Origin: Vitrella brassicaformis CCMP3155
Lineage: Eukaryota > Protista > Chromerida
Length of the DNA: 64,000 bases
Assembly (NCBI GenBank): GCA_001179505.1
Contig: CDMY01000385.1
Coordinates: forward strand, 186,001 to 250,000
Reading direction: 5' to 3'
In this document: piece after piece, positions 24,351 to 37,018 of the stretch
How positions within the stretch are numbered: the first letter of the stretch is position 1
How the letters are laid out: each line of letters opens with the position of its first letter
Position numbers and translations under genes: made by a program
The notes under the pieces: model-generated
Database searches by the model: none
Told to the model about the DNA's origin: nothing
What the model saw: only the letters and a program-made list of their open reading frames with translations

Positions 24351-26157
24351 CAGCAGCCGCCGTGCCAACAGGGTGAGACCGCCGAGGAGGCTGTGGCTGT
24401 GGACAGCATGGACTGGTTGGGACAGCATGTCGAGCTGCACGGCGGCCGCCACCCCCCTGAGGCGTTCAATCCTAGTGCGTACTTCGGTATGTAGCCGGAG
24501 GGCGGCAATCGGCCAGGCTACTACAGCCCTCCAGGCAACTACCGCCTGGATGCGGACGCCGCTGGTGAGCCGCACTTCGTCCAAGCGGCTGACCAGCAGC
24601 AGCCAATGGAGCCACAGCCACAGCAGGAGGGCCAGGGAGACGGCGGGGCGGCAGGGGAGCAGGAGCAGCAAGGGGTTGATGTGCCGGTCGTCCCCCCCTC
24701 CCACCCTGAAGCAGCAATCGGCCAGTCTGGCATGCAGGCCGAGGGCTTGCAGGCCAGCAGTGGTGAGGCGTCCCCGGCGGTTGTTGCTCCTCAGCCCCAG
24801 CTGCAGCCAACGCCCGCGGTCGTGCCTCCATCTACCCCCAACTCGACCCACTCCATCGCTCCCCCGCCACCCATCGCCGTGGCCGTGGAGTCACCGCAGT
24901 TTCCCCCGCCTGAGGGGCAGGGGGAGGGTGCGGGTGCGGGTGTGTTGGCGCCTCCGACTGTGGAGCAGCCTGTCGGTGGTGGTGAGGGAGGGGTCCCTGT
25001 GATGGTGCAGCCATTTGTGCCGCAGCAGATGATGCCCCCTGTGCCCCCTGCGGCCTTCTTCCCGGCTCATCAGGCCATGCTGGCGTTGGCGGCCATGGGG
25101 GACGGCACGCAGGCGCCCATCATCATGCCCATGGCGCCCCAGGGAGGTGGGCAGGTGTTTGGCCCCGCAGTTGGGATGGCTGTGGGCATGGTAGCGGCTG
25201 CACCGCCACCGCCCCCGCCTTATGCTCCGTGGCCGTCAGTCCACTACGAGCAGGGGCTTGTCAACAGCCCACCACCGCCCGCATCTGAGGTAGGTAGGGG
25301 AAGCACCACACAAACCGTGATTGAAGACATCACCCCATGCAATGCCAACAATTTGTGTTGCGTGTGCGATGTATGTATGTGTGCAGCAGCAGGGTGGTTA
25401 TGCTGCCGGAGGGATGCCATCCCCCGGTTCGCCCCAGAGCAACGCCACGAGCCGCCCGCCGCCCCCGCCACTCACGCCCTCGCCTCGCACCCACAACCAG
25501 CACAACCACCGCACCGATCATCGCAACGGCCGACAGCAGGGAGGTCATAGGCAGCAGGGCCAGCCCGGTGCCACCCAGTACCACCACACGGCCACCAACC
25601 GAGGTGTGGCGGCCGGTGGCTACGCTGCCCACCACGGGCAGGCGGCGATGATGAGCGGCCAGCAGCACCAGCAGCACCAGCAACACCAGCAGCAGCAGCC
25701 CATGCAGCATCAGCACCAGGGCGGCTATGGAGGCTGGGCAGGGGCCAACGCCAGTGGTGGCGGCAACGTGTATGCCGCGCAGCAGCAGCAACACCAGCAG
25801 TATCAGAACCAGCCCGAGCACCAGCACCATCCCCACCACCAGCAGCCGGCGTATGGCGGGTATGGGCCGGCTTACACCGCCTACGGTGCCAACAACGGGC
25901 AGATGAACCAGTACGGCAATACCCAGCCCCACAACCAGCAGCAGCAGCAGCAGCAGAGATTCCCCACCATCCTGCCCAGCCCAGGCTCCGATGGACAGCA
26001 GCATGGCAACTACCGCCACAACGGAAACAACCGACGGAACGACCGGGGCGGCGGATGGCGCAGCCCGCGAGGCGGGCCAGGAGGCAATGGGGGTGGACCG
26101 AGAGGAGGACGCAACGGACGAGGAGGCGGGCCAGGAGACAGCCGCGGTCGCCACTAG
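24351..26157 (+). CDS. Pro-rich, then Q/G/H/Y/N-rich prion-like protein with C-terminal RGG/RG motifs; 5' end unresolved
   Basis: Acceptor-like ctctctgtatgcag ending at 24350. A 48-nt GT-AG intron (24487-24534) removes the TAG at 24492. Exon with PPPPPPY and PPPPASE, intron, then QQGGYAAGG...QQHQQHQQQQ...GGYGPAYTAYG...RNDRGGGWRSPRGGPGGNGGGPRGGRNGRGGG* (stop at 26157). Confidence 0.7.
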
Positions 26158-27157
26158 GAGATCCCCCACCTGAGGGCGCGCTGGACGTCTGTTTTGTGTT
26201 TTGGGACGATTGGATGGCGGGGAGGGGAGGGGGGAGGGTGTGTGACTACATTTGTATGGATGCGTGGGTGATTGACTGACCGTTTCCTCGACTCGGCTGT
26301 TTGGATGTCTCTATCTACCTGGCTGCCATGGTGTCACGCTGGCGAGGTGGCCGGCCGGTGGACACATCTCGACTTCTTGGCGTATTGCGGCTCGCTGTCT
26401 GGCTGTTTGCTTGCTAGTGACATACATGGCCGGGTGTGTGTGTGTGTGTGTGTGAAGGGGAATGAGATTGCATGCCCGATAGCTAACACAACAGCAGTAA
26501 ATATGACTCATTCCACACCAGCGAGACAGACAGACAGTGTGTGTGCGCGAATGGGTGAAGAAGGGGCATTGAGCACATTGTTTGTTCGGTGCTAAGTGTG
26601 GCTGCGAGGGAGGGGAGAGAACGGAGAGATAGGGGAGGGAAGTTAGTTATGCGTCTCTGAATATTATATCGTGTCTGTGTCCGTTTCAAAAGAGGGAGGG
26701 TCGTGCGTGGCTGCGAATGAGTGTGTGGATGAGAGAGAGGGGGATGTCGGTCGGACAAAAGACAATCGAGCTGTATTCAACAGCAATGTTACAGCATAGT
26801 CCAAACAGGCACTGAATCTCAAACTCAGAATTTGAAGTCAATTTTGGGGCTCATGGCGATCATCGCTATATTTGGATATTGAGACACACATTGCAGTTGA
26901 CCTGGTATCCGTGTCCCTCCCTCCCTGCCCCTACTTCGCCGCCATGTTGCGGCAGGCACCGCATGAGTGAGATACCACTCATGTCAGTCAGAGAAGTCAG
27001 AGCCACACACTCTCTCTCTTACAAATGCCATCTGTCTGTACGTATCACGCATACATGTGCTTGCTACACAGGTGAGACAACACACACAAAAGCCGCCTGT
27101 ACACACATCACACACACATATACAGATCTCTCTCCCCTCAGTCATTCATTCATTCAT

Positions 27158-29283
27158 TCATGTCTGCGGCGGTCCACACGTTGCCCTGTCCTGGTCGAGC
27201 ACCGACACACGCCCCAGCACGTCTGTCGTCACACTCGCGGGGACGCCAGCGGCAGCAGCAGGGGGCACCGTGTCGTCAGACTCCACTGTCAGGGAGCGGC
27301 CACTGGTCGATGTGGTGGCGACGGAGCGGCTCATCTCTAATGCGTTATTGTCATCAGGGGAGGGGACCGGCTTACTCTCCAAAGTCGACAAAGGGGAATA
27401 GGCCTGTTTACACGCACACAGACACGAAGAGAAGGACGCACGTGTGTTCTATAGCCTTGGGCATGTGTGTATGTCATACCATAAGTAAGAAGGTGCGGTG
27501 CGCTATGCAGGGGGTTGCTCTACCTGAGCATTGGGCGGGCGCGACTGCACTTGCCGGCTATCGTAGACGAGCACACCCAACCCGATCACCACACTGACAC
27601 ACACATCGATATCGGCACACAACCAATCAACAAACCGACAAACCACCAAACCACATCTCTTTGCGTGTTGCTGTGTTGCTGGTGCATTCATTCATTCGCG
27701 ACTTACGCGATGCCGCCGAGAGCGTTCCATGACGGGAGGCTGAGTGCGCCGGTGGGGTCGAGATGCAGCACCACCAGCAGGCAGGTCAGCAACACGGCCG
27801 TCACTGGCTGAAGTACTGATGCATTCATTCATTGCACACACAGAGGGAACGAACGATGAATGCAGCCGGGCCGGGCAGACAGACACGTCCGTGCAAGCAC
27901 AGCTAGCTACGCACCTCACTCACCTGTGTATGCCGCCACCATGGATCCATCGACGTATTTGTTCGCCCAGGTCATCAGCAGATACCTGAAGACACACACA
28001 GCACACAGCACGCACGTACAGTGAATACATACATCTTCCCTCCCCCCATGCCCATTGATTGGATCACTCACGTGGTAACAGAGCTGCCAATAACCCAATA
28101 AGCAAGCGCCCAGAGAGCGTCGGGGGGCACCCCCCAGGCAGACGGGCAGTCGGGACACACCAACTCAAGGAAGGGCTTGTTCAAGTTGACGATGAGCGCC
28201 GCCACGAGCATCATCACGGCCGCATTCATGTACGAGAAGGCTATGACGAAGGGCGACGGTATTCTATGTCGCTGCAGCAGTGGCTTGGACGCCACAAGGT
28301 AGAGGGAGGTGGACAGGCAGTTGACGAAGAACAACATATTGCCGACGAGCATCCCCCGCCAAGACTGCTGCGTGTGGGGCGTTGGGGCGCCGGCGACCAC
28401 CAGCACCACCGCCCCAAGGGTGCCCAAGGAGATGCCCACGCCCTTCATCGGGCTCATGGTCTCCTGACCCACAATGATAGCCAGTATCACCGTCATGATG
28501 GGCTGCGACGGCTGCCAACTCGCCGCGCTCGTCTCGTCCGCCATCTTGAGACCGACCAGGTAGCAGAACTGAGCACCAAACCAAACACATGAGGCGAGAT
28601 CAGACCAACAGTCGCATAGGAGAGATCCTGCGGCACACTTGTACCTGGTTGCCGAATAGGAAGAGTCCGGTGAGGAGGAATGTCCGCCAGTGCCTGTGCA
28701 CGGGCGGGATGCGGTGGTTCTTCTCGATTCCGATGGCTATCAGCAGCAGAATCGGCCCCGCGATGGCCTCCCGGATGAGTGCGAACTTGAGAACCGAACC
28801 AAGACAAGGGTCAATCAAGAGAGAGAGAAGCTTGCAGCTGGAGCAAGAAAGAAGCTTAGCTTACAAGCACGGGATTGAACTTGGGCATGCCCAGCTTCCC
28901 AACCTGCCATAGACACACGCAGAGAGAGGGCGAGAGTGGAGTGTGTCTGGGTCAGTGGCGGGTCGATTTCGGCAGCCACGCACCACAGCACCACCGCCAA
29001 AGAGCACTTGGGCGAAGATCAAAGCGCCATGCAACCTGCACACACACACACACACACAGGGACAGCCATGGTCACCACGACAATCGCTGTCTTTCAGTGT
29101 GGGGCGTTTTCATCTGACATGAGTTCTGAAGGATGTGCCTTCTCCTTCTTGCCCTTGTCCTCGCTGGGCGTGGCTGGATCTTCCATCGCCGTGGCCTCCT
29201 GCACTCAGACACACACACACGCACGGAAATCAAGACAAGATGAAGATCTTTATCACACGTACACGGGACGATCTCACCTCCAT
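27158..29283 (-). CDS. EamA/DMT-superfamily transporter (WAT1-related type), about 10 TM
   Basis: Spliced LHGALIFAQVLFGGGAVV|VGKLGMPKFNPVL|FALIREAIAGPILL...TGLFLFGNQ|FCYLVGLKMADETSAASWQPSQPIMTVILAIIVGQE...GNMLFFVNCLSTSLYLVASKPLL...|YLLMTWANKYVDGSMVAAYT|VLQPVTAVLL: two EamA repeats. Confidence 0.9.
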
Positions 29284-29477
29284 GTCGATGTCTGCTGAGG
29301 TGCGGACGCCAGCAGCACTTGTCGGCGTAAGACTGTCGGGTCCTTCAACCATCTCAGGCCATCTCAGCTAAGTACTTACTTCTTGCAACGATGCTCAGTT
29401 CCTTGCTCTGCTACCTGCTCTTGTTGCGCGATGAGCACTGCTCACCTTCCGGTCGAAATAATACGACAGGTCACCTC
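29284..29477. promoter_or_regulatory. Putative bidirectional promoter (EamA / GH97)
   Basis: 194 bp between divergent ATGs at 29283 (-) and 29478 (+). Confidence 0.45.
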
Positions 29478-32400
29478 ATGCGACTCTGGCTCGGCACATT
29501 GGCATTTCTTGCCCTTCTGGCAGGGCTTTCGGCAGCCGACAATAACGGCAAACACCCCGTGCAGCAGCAGCCGCAAGGACAGGAGGGACACACACAAGAG
29601 CACGGCGAGCTCATCAAAGGCGGTCTGGTTGGGGGGGAGGAGAAAGGCGACCACTGGGGGGACCGCCGCAAAGAGCTCAGGCTGGTGCGGGAGATCAACA
29701 AGGACGGCAAGCGGGTCAGCGACAGGATCAGCGACATCGCCGACGGGCTGACCAGGGACATCTTCCGTCCCAACGCGGGCTTACACGACGCGGAGACCGA
29801 CAAGGGCAGGGTGGTCCAGAATGACGGCCAAGGCGGCCAGAAGTTCACACTGCAGCAGCCGCCGCCGATCAAGCTCTCGGCGGCTGACAAGGCGGCCTTA
29901 TCTGTGCTGGGCGGCGACCACGAATTGCCGACCTACGAGGTGATCCTCGAGGTCGACAAAGACCAGGGGCGAGCGCTGATGTGGTCGGCGAGATACCCGC
30001 CTAAGAAGCCTGACAAGAAGAACCCGCGTTACATCATCCGCCAGTCCCCTCTGGGCATCACAGTTGACGGCATTGACCTCGGCAAGGGCGTCAAGATTTT
30101 GGCCCACGACACCACGACGGAGCAGCTGCGATACCGCACCAGGGGGAAGCACAACCAGGCGCTCAGCTACTATCAAGAGCACCGCTTCCGCATCGAGCAT
30201 GTGGAGAGCAAGAAGGAGTTCTTCCTGTTGATGCGGCTGTATCGGGAGGGCGTGGCCTTCCGCTACGCTTTCAACTGGAAGGGCGGCCACACCATCACCA
30301 GGGAGGAATCCTCCTTCAGGGTGCCCTTCAAGTCAATCGCATGGTCAGAGAGAGGACAAGCAAGAAGGCCATGAGAGAGGAGCAACAGACAACGAGATGG
30401 ATGCTGACGTACTGTACTTGTGCAGGCACTTCACTCGTGAGAGCAACGTGCCGAACGACCAAGGCAAGTTCCACTACGCCGGGCCCTGGACGTCCGCACC
30501 CGTCGAGCTCCTGGCTGACACGCAGTACCTGAAGGAGTGGCAGCGGCCCATCGGAGCCATCTACGGCCCCCCACTGCTATTCGACACAAGGCAGACCGTC
30601 CTCAACCAAAAGAGGCACGAGGGCAGCGAGTTTGAGGAGCTGCCGCCGCCTTCGCGCCGCTACCAGTACATCATGCTGACGGAGGGGGCCTTGTATGACT
30701 ACACCGGCTTTGTCTTTCGCGCACAGCCGAGGCTGGTGTTCCGGACGGACTTTGTGGTGGCGGAGATCGCCGTCCCCGGCCAGTTCATGACCCCCTGGCG
30801 GGTCGCCATCTTCGCCAGGGACCTCAACGAGCTCGTCAACCAGGACATGGTGACCAGCCTCAACCCAGAGCCGCCAAAGGAGCTCTTCCCGCATCTCCAT
30901 TCGCGGCACATCCCGCGACAGGGCGGCCTCTCGAAGGAAGACGAGCTGCCCGACTTCCCCTCGTGGATTGTCCCTGGCAGGTCTGTGTGGCGCTGGTGGT
31001 CCTCCTCCACCGGCGACCCATTGCAGGAGCTGCACATGATTAAGTGGGCGGCGGAGCTTGGCTTCGAGTACGCCACCATCGACATCGGCTGGGAGCGGTG
31101 GGGCAAGGGTGTGCCCGGCGGGGAGAGCGGGCCTGTGATCCGCACCGGCAAACACAAGGGCACGCACGTCTACGGCCTGGAAGACGACATCGAGCAAGAC
31201 TACTTTGAGGCGGCGCCACAGCGGGTCAGCAACACGACCCTGCGTCTGCCGGTCCCCCCACTCTACACCAATGCGACCAATGTGACCCTCACGCTCACCC
31301 CCGATGGACTCGGCAAGCAAGTCGAGGATGACTACTTCATCGACTGGGAGAGGGAGGCAAATCGGCAGTATTGGGAGGAGGGCGAGAACCGCTTCGTCGA
31401 TCCTTTCCACAACCCCATCCACCCCGCACTGGTCGCCGACATCGACCACGGCTTCGGAGATGTCGACTTCACCGACGACGCACAAGTGGAGGAGAACATC
31501 CCAGATGATGACTCGAGCGCCTGGCTCATCCTCAAATACCTCATCGAGTACGCCAAGGCCAAGCGCGTGAGGGTCATCGTGTGGAAGGACTACCGCGACG
31601 TCAAGACCTTCGACAAGAACGGCCGCTTTTGGCCACTGGAGGAGTACCTGGCGAAAGTGGCCAAGGTGGGGGCGTCGGGCGTCAAGATCGACTACGTGCT
31701 GTCTGAGGCGCAGGAGAGGGTGCTGTTCGAGACCGAGGCGGCCAGAATAGCCGCCCAGCACAAGCTGACCATGACCTTCCACGGCACACACAAGCCCACC
31801 GGCGAGTGGAGGAGGTTCCCAAACGAAATGACAAGAGAGGCCATATGGGGCATGGTTGGTACACACTGGCAGACAGACAGACAGACAGGATGTGTGATGT
31901 ATGCATTCGGTGTGTTCCTTCTGTCTGTCGTCGGTCAGGAGATCAACAAGATAAAGGAGCGGGCCCGCTGGGTGACGCCGAGGCACAATGCCGCCCTGCC
32001 CTTCACGCGCTTCGTCGTGGGCCACGGCGACTACACCCCATTCGTCATGAGGGCGTCCAAGAGAGACCCCACTACAATCGTATGTGCCTCACCACAATCA
32101 ACAGACAGACAGCGACACACCCACACACACACACGCCACATCTGTTTGTCTGCATCCTGCCTGTTTCTGTGTGTTGTGTGGTTGTGTTGTGTGCAGGTCC
32201 ATCAAATGGCGCTGCTCGTGGTGTTCGACTCGGCCATCCAGACGATAGCCGAGCACCCCCTGGTCCTTCTCGACTCATCCAGGCCCCACTACGCCATCCT
32301 CGACGTCGTCAAGAAGATCCCCACCCTCTGGGACGAGACAATCGTGCTGCCAGAGAGCCAAGTCGGCTCCCTGGTCGCCTTCGCCAGACGCAAGGGCGAC

Positions 32401-32664
32401 ACGTGGTTCCTCGGCATCATCAACGGCGAGTCCGGGTCGCAGAAAATCGACAGCCTGGCCCTGCCATTCATCGACAGCCACAAGGAGGGGTGGAATGCGA
32501 CTCTCATCAGCAGCAAGCCGGAGGAGATCGAGTTGAAGAGCGGCAAGAACATCGTGGTGGGTGCGGTGGAGCGAAGGGAGGAACCGTCGTTTGGCGAGAA
32601 CAAGCTGACGGAGATCAACCTCTTGGGGGGGGACGGCTTCGTGGGCGTTTTCGAGCCGCTCTGA
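29478..32664 (+). CDS. Secreted glycoside hydrolase family 97 (retaining-type signature), 4 exons
   Basis: Signal peptide MRLWLGTLAFLALLAGLSA. GH97_N: SPLGITVDG...RLYREGVAFRY and TPWRV. Barrel: PGRSVWRWW, AAELGFEYATIDIGW, YAKAKRVRVIVW, GVKIDY, FHGTHKPTGEWRRFPNEMTREAIWGM|E, LPFTRFVVGHGDYTP. GH97_C: WDETIVLPESQVGSLVAFARRKGDTWFLG. Introns at about 30343-30427, 31855-31938 and 32080-32196. Confidence 0.93.
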
Positions 32665-33672
32665 CACCTGCCTGCCGCGACAAAGAGTGTTTCGTGTGTG
32701 TATGTTTGTACGTATGTCTCTTCTCTCGCCGCTTAAGTAGTGCCATACCTATGTCTGTCTATTTTGGTCCGTCCGGTCCGTGCACTCTGTACTTACTTGC
32801 GTCAGCATGTACGTATCTGGATTTGTGTATTTGTCTAGCTAGGAGTGGGTATTTGTGAAGCATATAGGATGTCTGTCTCGGTGCTTAGTGTGTGCGGTGT
32901 TGCCAGCATGAGCCTCTACGTGCGTTCCTTTCCATACCCCCCGTGGGACGGGACTGTGTGTCGTGTGCTCCTTCCTTTGTGTACGTGTATTTGTTGGCCT
33001 GTGTGGGTATTCGTAGCTCAGCTGGCCGGCCGTGACTCTGTCTGGGCGTTCATGGTTCATGCTATCCCCCCGTGTGTGAGGCCGTGCCGTGTGGATCGTT
33101 CGTATGGTATGAGTGTGTGCCCCTTTGTATAGGCATAGGGCGTGTTTCGCCGCCTGCTGTGCTGTGTCGTATGTGTGTGTGTGAGGTGTTGACCAACCAT
33201 CCACCGGTAGTCAGTCAATTACATGAATGAACCATGGCATGCACCAACATTCCACAGACGGCTTAATGTTACTACGGACACACAACACAGCCCGTTGGCT
33301 GCTGCACCATTAATGCACACACGGGACGTATCAAACATGGTCTGTCTGGTCTCACTGCCTGTGTCGTGTCGACACGCACAGACCATGCATAGAAATGGAA
33401 CAGGACAAGCCCAGGTGGGCACGTACGTACGCATGTGCACAGCTACTTACTGCATTGATTGGAACCCACAATTAAAGACCTCTATCAATACACACACCCC
33501 AGACAGACAAATAAATACAGACAGATAGATGCTATCTATCCATTCCTGCCTGCCCGTCTGCCAGCCTGCCTGCTGGCTGTGTACCCACCACACAGCACCG
33601 TCACGGGGGGGAAACGGCCGAGCGGGACAGAAACCAACCTATCTACTGTCATGGTGCTATTCACCCACCCCC

Positions 33673-36600
33673 TCACGCGTGTCCCTCTAGCTCCCCCTCA
33701 GCCGGCGTCTCATCGGTCAAGGCACCACAATCACGAGGGCCATGCACCACCACACGTCCGCCGCCCTCCGACCCCGATGGGTGTGGTGGTTCGGGGTCGG
33801 CCAGGAGGATGCAGTTGGACGGGTGGGAGGCGTCACCAAGAGGCACGTCAGGCAAGAAGGCAAAGCCTGCACAGGGACAGACAGACCAAGAGAGAGAGAC
33901 ATGCTTATCAACTGACTCATCTGTGTGTGTGTGGGGGGGGGGGGGTCATACTTTGGCAGTGTTGGCGGCGAGAACACATGCCTTGACAGTCGGCTGGGTC
34001 AATGGCTGCCAGGTACTCCACCGCTCGGCCCGCTGCCACGCCATCCAGCCCATCAGACGACTGGCCCCGGCTGAAGCCTGCATGCACCCAGCTAGGTAGA
34101 CATGGACGCACAGCGGGCTGGCTGGTGGGTGGCTGGCTTACACCCTGCTGGTATGAGACTTGGAAACTGCTGGAACTCGCCTTCCTCCTCCTCGCCGTCT
34201 CCGTCGTCCTCCGATCGCAATGTGGTGGCGGCCGGCCTCAGCTTGCCCGCGCCACCCTTGTGCTTCGGTGCAGCCCACCGTTGGGCCTTCCCCGCCTTGC
34301 GCACCACACGGTAGACCTTGGGCTTGCCCACCATAGCCGTGACGCTCAGGCCCTTCTTGTTGACGGTGCTGCAGTCGCCCCAGAAGAGCCAGTTGCAGAC
34401 GCGTGTGCCTGGGGGTCGCATGGCGTCGGGGAGGCTTTTTGGGGGGATTTGGATTGAGTACTTTTTGCCGCTGCCGGATGAGCTCGTGACGACCAGCACG
34501 TCCGAGCCGCGGGAAAAGGCGTAGATATTGGGGGTGACCTGCAGACACACAGACACACAGACAGACAGACGGAGAAAGGGTGTTTGTTGTCTCTCGCTGC
34601 GTGAATGTGTGTGGGGCGAGTGTGATTGTTCGTACGAATCTCTGTATCTGTTCGCCTTCGAACATGCCGCTGCGACGAAACTTCGCAAGCAGCTGAGTAG
34701 CTGACATACCATGCAGATATGCATACCCATCATTCATTTCAGCCGGTGTGTCTGTCTGTCTGGATGAGCGTGCGTCGCCTGCGCACCTACCTCTATACAG
34801 GACGTGCTCGGTGTTGTATGGGTCCTCATGCTTCCACATGGGCACGCGCGAGCCGTGATAGCGAGGTTCACCGCCGGAAGCGCCTGTGAGATGAGATCGA
34901 TCGCCACATGCACTGCACACCACATCTGCCCCACCCCGCCTGCCTCTTTGTTGCTCGCCTTGCCTTGTTCGTCGCCATAATAGAGCACGGGAATGTGGAC
35001 AGCGCACATGAGCCACACGAGCGCATTCAGGTAGGCCACCTGGTCGTTCCGCACGTGCATAAACCTGGGGACGTCGTGATTGTTGATAAACAGAGCAGCC
35101 GCATGCTTGTCGTCGATAAGCGTCTTGGTGGCCGTCCATGCGTCGACCACCACGCTCATCGGCTGACGGCTGGCGAAGGCGCTACGAAGAGCAAAGGCCA
35201 GCGGGAAGTTGGTCACCTGCACGTTGAATGCAATGCGTGAATGAATGAAGCTGAGTCGGTTGGTTGACAGTTAGTTCATCTCTTTCTCGCCCACCCCGGG
35301 AATACGCTTCTGATACTTCGCGACGTGCTTCACCTCTGGCACGAAGGTCTCGCCCTGCAGCCATCCATCCATCCATCCATCCATGAGAGGGAGGGGGAGC
35401 GACATGGAGAGAGAGAATGGATGAAGGCCTGGCTGGCTGGCTACCTGCTTATTACCATGATGTAGTATTTGCTGCCGATTTGTTTGCCGATTTCGTCGAG
35501 GAATACGTCACGAAGGTACGGGATGGCGTCGGCACGGAAACCGTCTTGAGCGATCGATGAGTGAGTTGGCAGACAGCGAGACAAAAGAGCAACTGGTGGA
35601 TGTGGCCAGTCGATTTCTTGATTGTCTTGCCTACCGAAGTCGTATTCCTTGGCTTCGTCCTTCACCTGCACACACACACAGACAGACAGACAGACAGACA
35701 CACACAGAGCGAGAAGTGTGCGCATCCATCCATCCATTCATGCGACACGGAGCCGCCCACCCATTTGATGAGCCATTTGCGGACTTCTGTGTTGTCGTCG
35801 TTGAGGTCAGGGAGGTCCCACAGCTGGCACGACTGGAAGGTATCGGGCTTGGTGAACTCCACGTGACAATCAGAGGGGTGGAAGTGCTCCGGCTTGTTGA
35901 ACGGATGAAGGTGCTTACGATTCTTCTCTGGACCCATGTGATTCAGCACTGCACATAACATACGCACACACGAAAGCACCCAGTGTGTGTTAACATCGAT
36001 TGCCGGTGTATGTGTGTGTCTACCGATGTCAGCCATGACCCAGAGGCCCTTTTGGTGTGCTTCTTCGGTGAGTTTCTTGAGCTGCCTCTTGCCGCCAAAC
36101 TCATCTGACACCTTGTTGTAGTTCCGCGGCCAGAAGCCGTGATACCCACACTTGGTCTGCACACACACAGGCAAGCGTGGTCGGTCGACCAACGATCAAA
36201 TGCTTCGATACGCCTGGCATACGTTTTGAATGTGCGGCGAGATCCAGAGGGCCGTCACCTGCGTGTTTGTCATCGCAGCAGGCGATGCGATGAGAGGATC
36301 AGCCAGCCGTGACAGTGAGTCAATGAATCGTGGTGTATGTGTATGTATGTATGTATGTATGTATGGCTGACTGGCTTCATTACCCCGAGCTCGGCGATGT
36401 AGTCGAGCTTCCTCCTCAGCTCCTTGTAGCTCCCGCCGCAGAAGCCGCCCTCAGCACAGTCTGTCATGACAGTCACAACACAAGACAGACAACACAGCAG
36501 AACCAACCGAGCATGGATGGCTCCTCGTCTTGCGGATTTGTGTCCATACCTGGGTCGCACGTCACTCCAGGGTCCTTGGCGGCGAAGCGGTCTGTAACCA

Positions 36601-36795
36601 CCTGATAGATGATGCTGAAGGAGGCAAAGACAGATGCTCAGCGGGTCGTCGGCTGCGAGTTGCTCACCTTCGCCGTCCAACCCAGTCGTCGCGTGTGCGC
36701 GATTTGCCGCCAACAAGGAGGTCACCAAAGCCCCACAGCAGAAACACGAAGACCGCGAGTAGAGTCGAGTGCAGCCGCCTCTTCCTCATCCTCAT
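33673..36795 (-). CDS. Secreted alpha-amylase-family enzyme (GH13, Taka-amylase-like), C-terminal end uncertain
   Basis: Signal-like MRMRKRRLHSTLLAVFVFLLWGFG; SIYQVVTDRF; GGSYKELRRKLDYIAELG; GYHGFWP; region I ADI|VLNH; LPDL; region II DGFRADAIPY; region III M|GETF; region IV FINNHDVPRF; IPVLYYGDEQG. All three catalytic acids are present. Confidence 0.92.
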
Positions 36796-37018
36796 CGGCA
36801 GCGCTGTCTGGTTAACCTGCCGTGCAGGTGCTTTCTCACGTCGGCGGGCCTTTCTTCCCTTCAACCATGGTGCGATGCTATATCGTATTATTTGTGTCGC
36901 CTGAACCCTAAGCCCCGACATCCATCCATCCATCAGTCCATGACACGTATCCTATAGTCACTCACTACATGTCGTCCATTGTTCACATTCATCAATACAC
37001 ACAGTGTCATCATGGGTT

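Noticed and set aside
24487-24534. In-frame TAG at 24492 between two same-frame ORFs, suggesting stop-codon readthrough
   Set aside because: A 48-nt GTATGT...CCCTCCAG intron removes it and keeps the frame (AYFG-NYRLD), so no recoding is needed.
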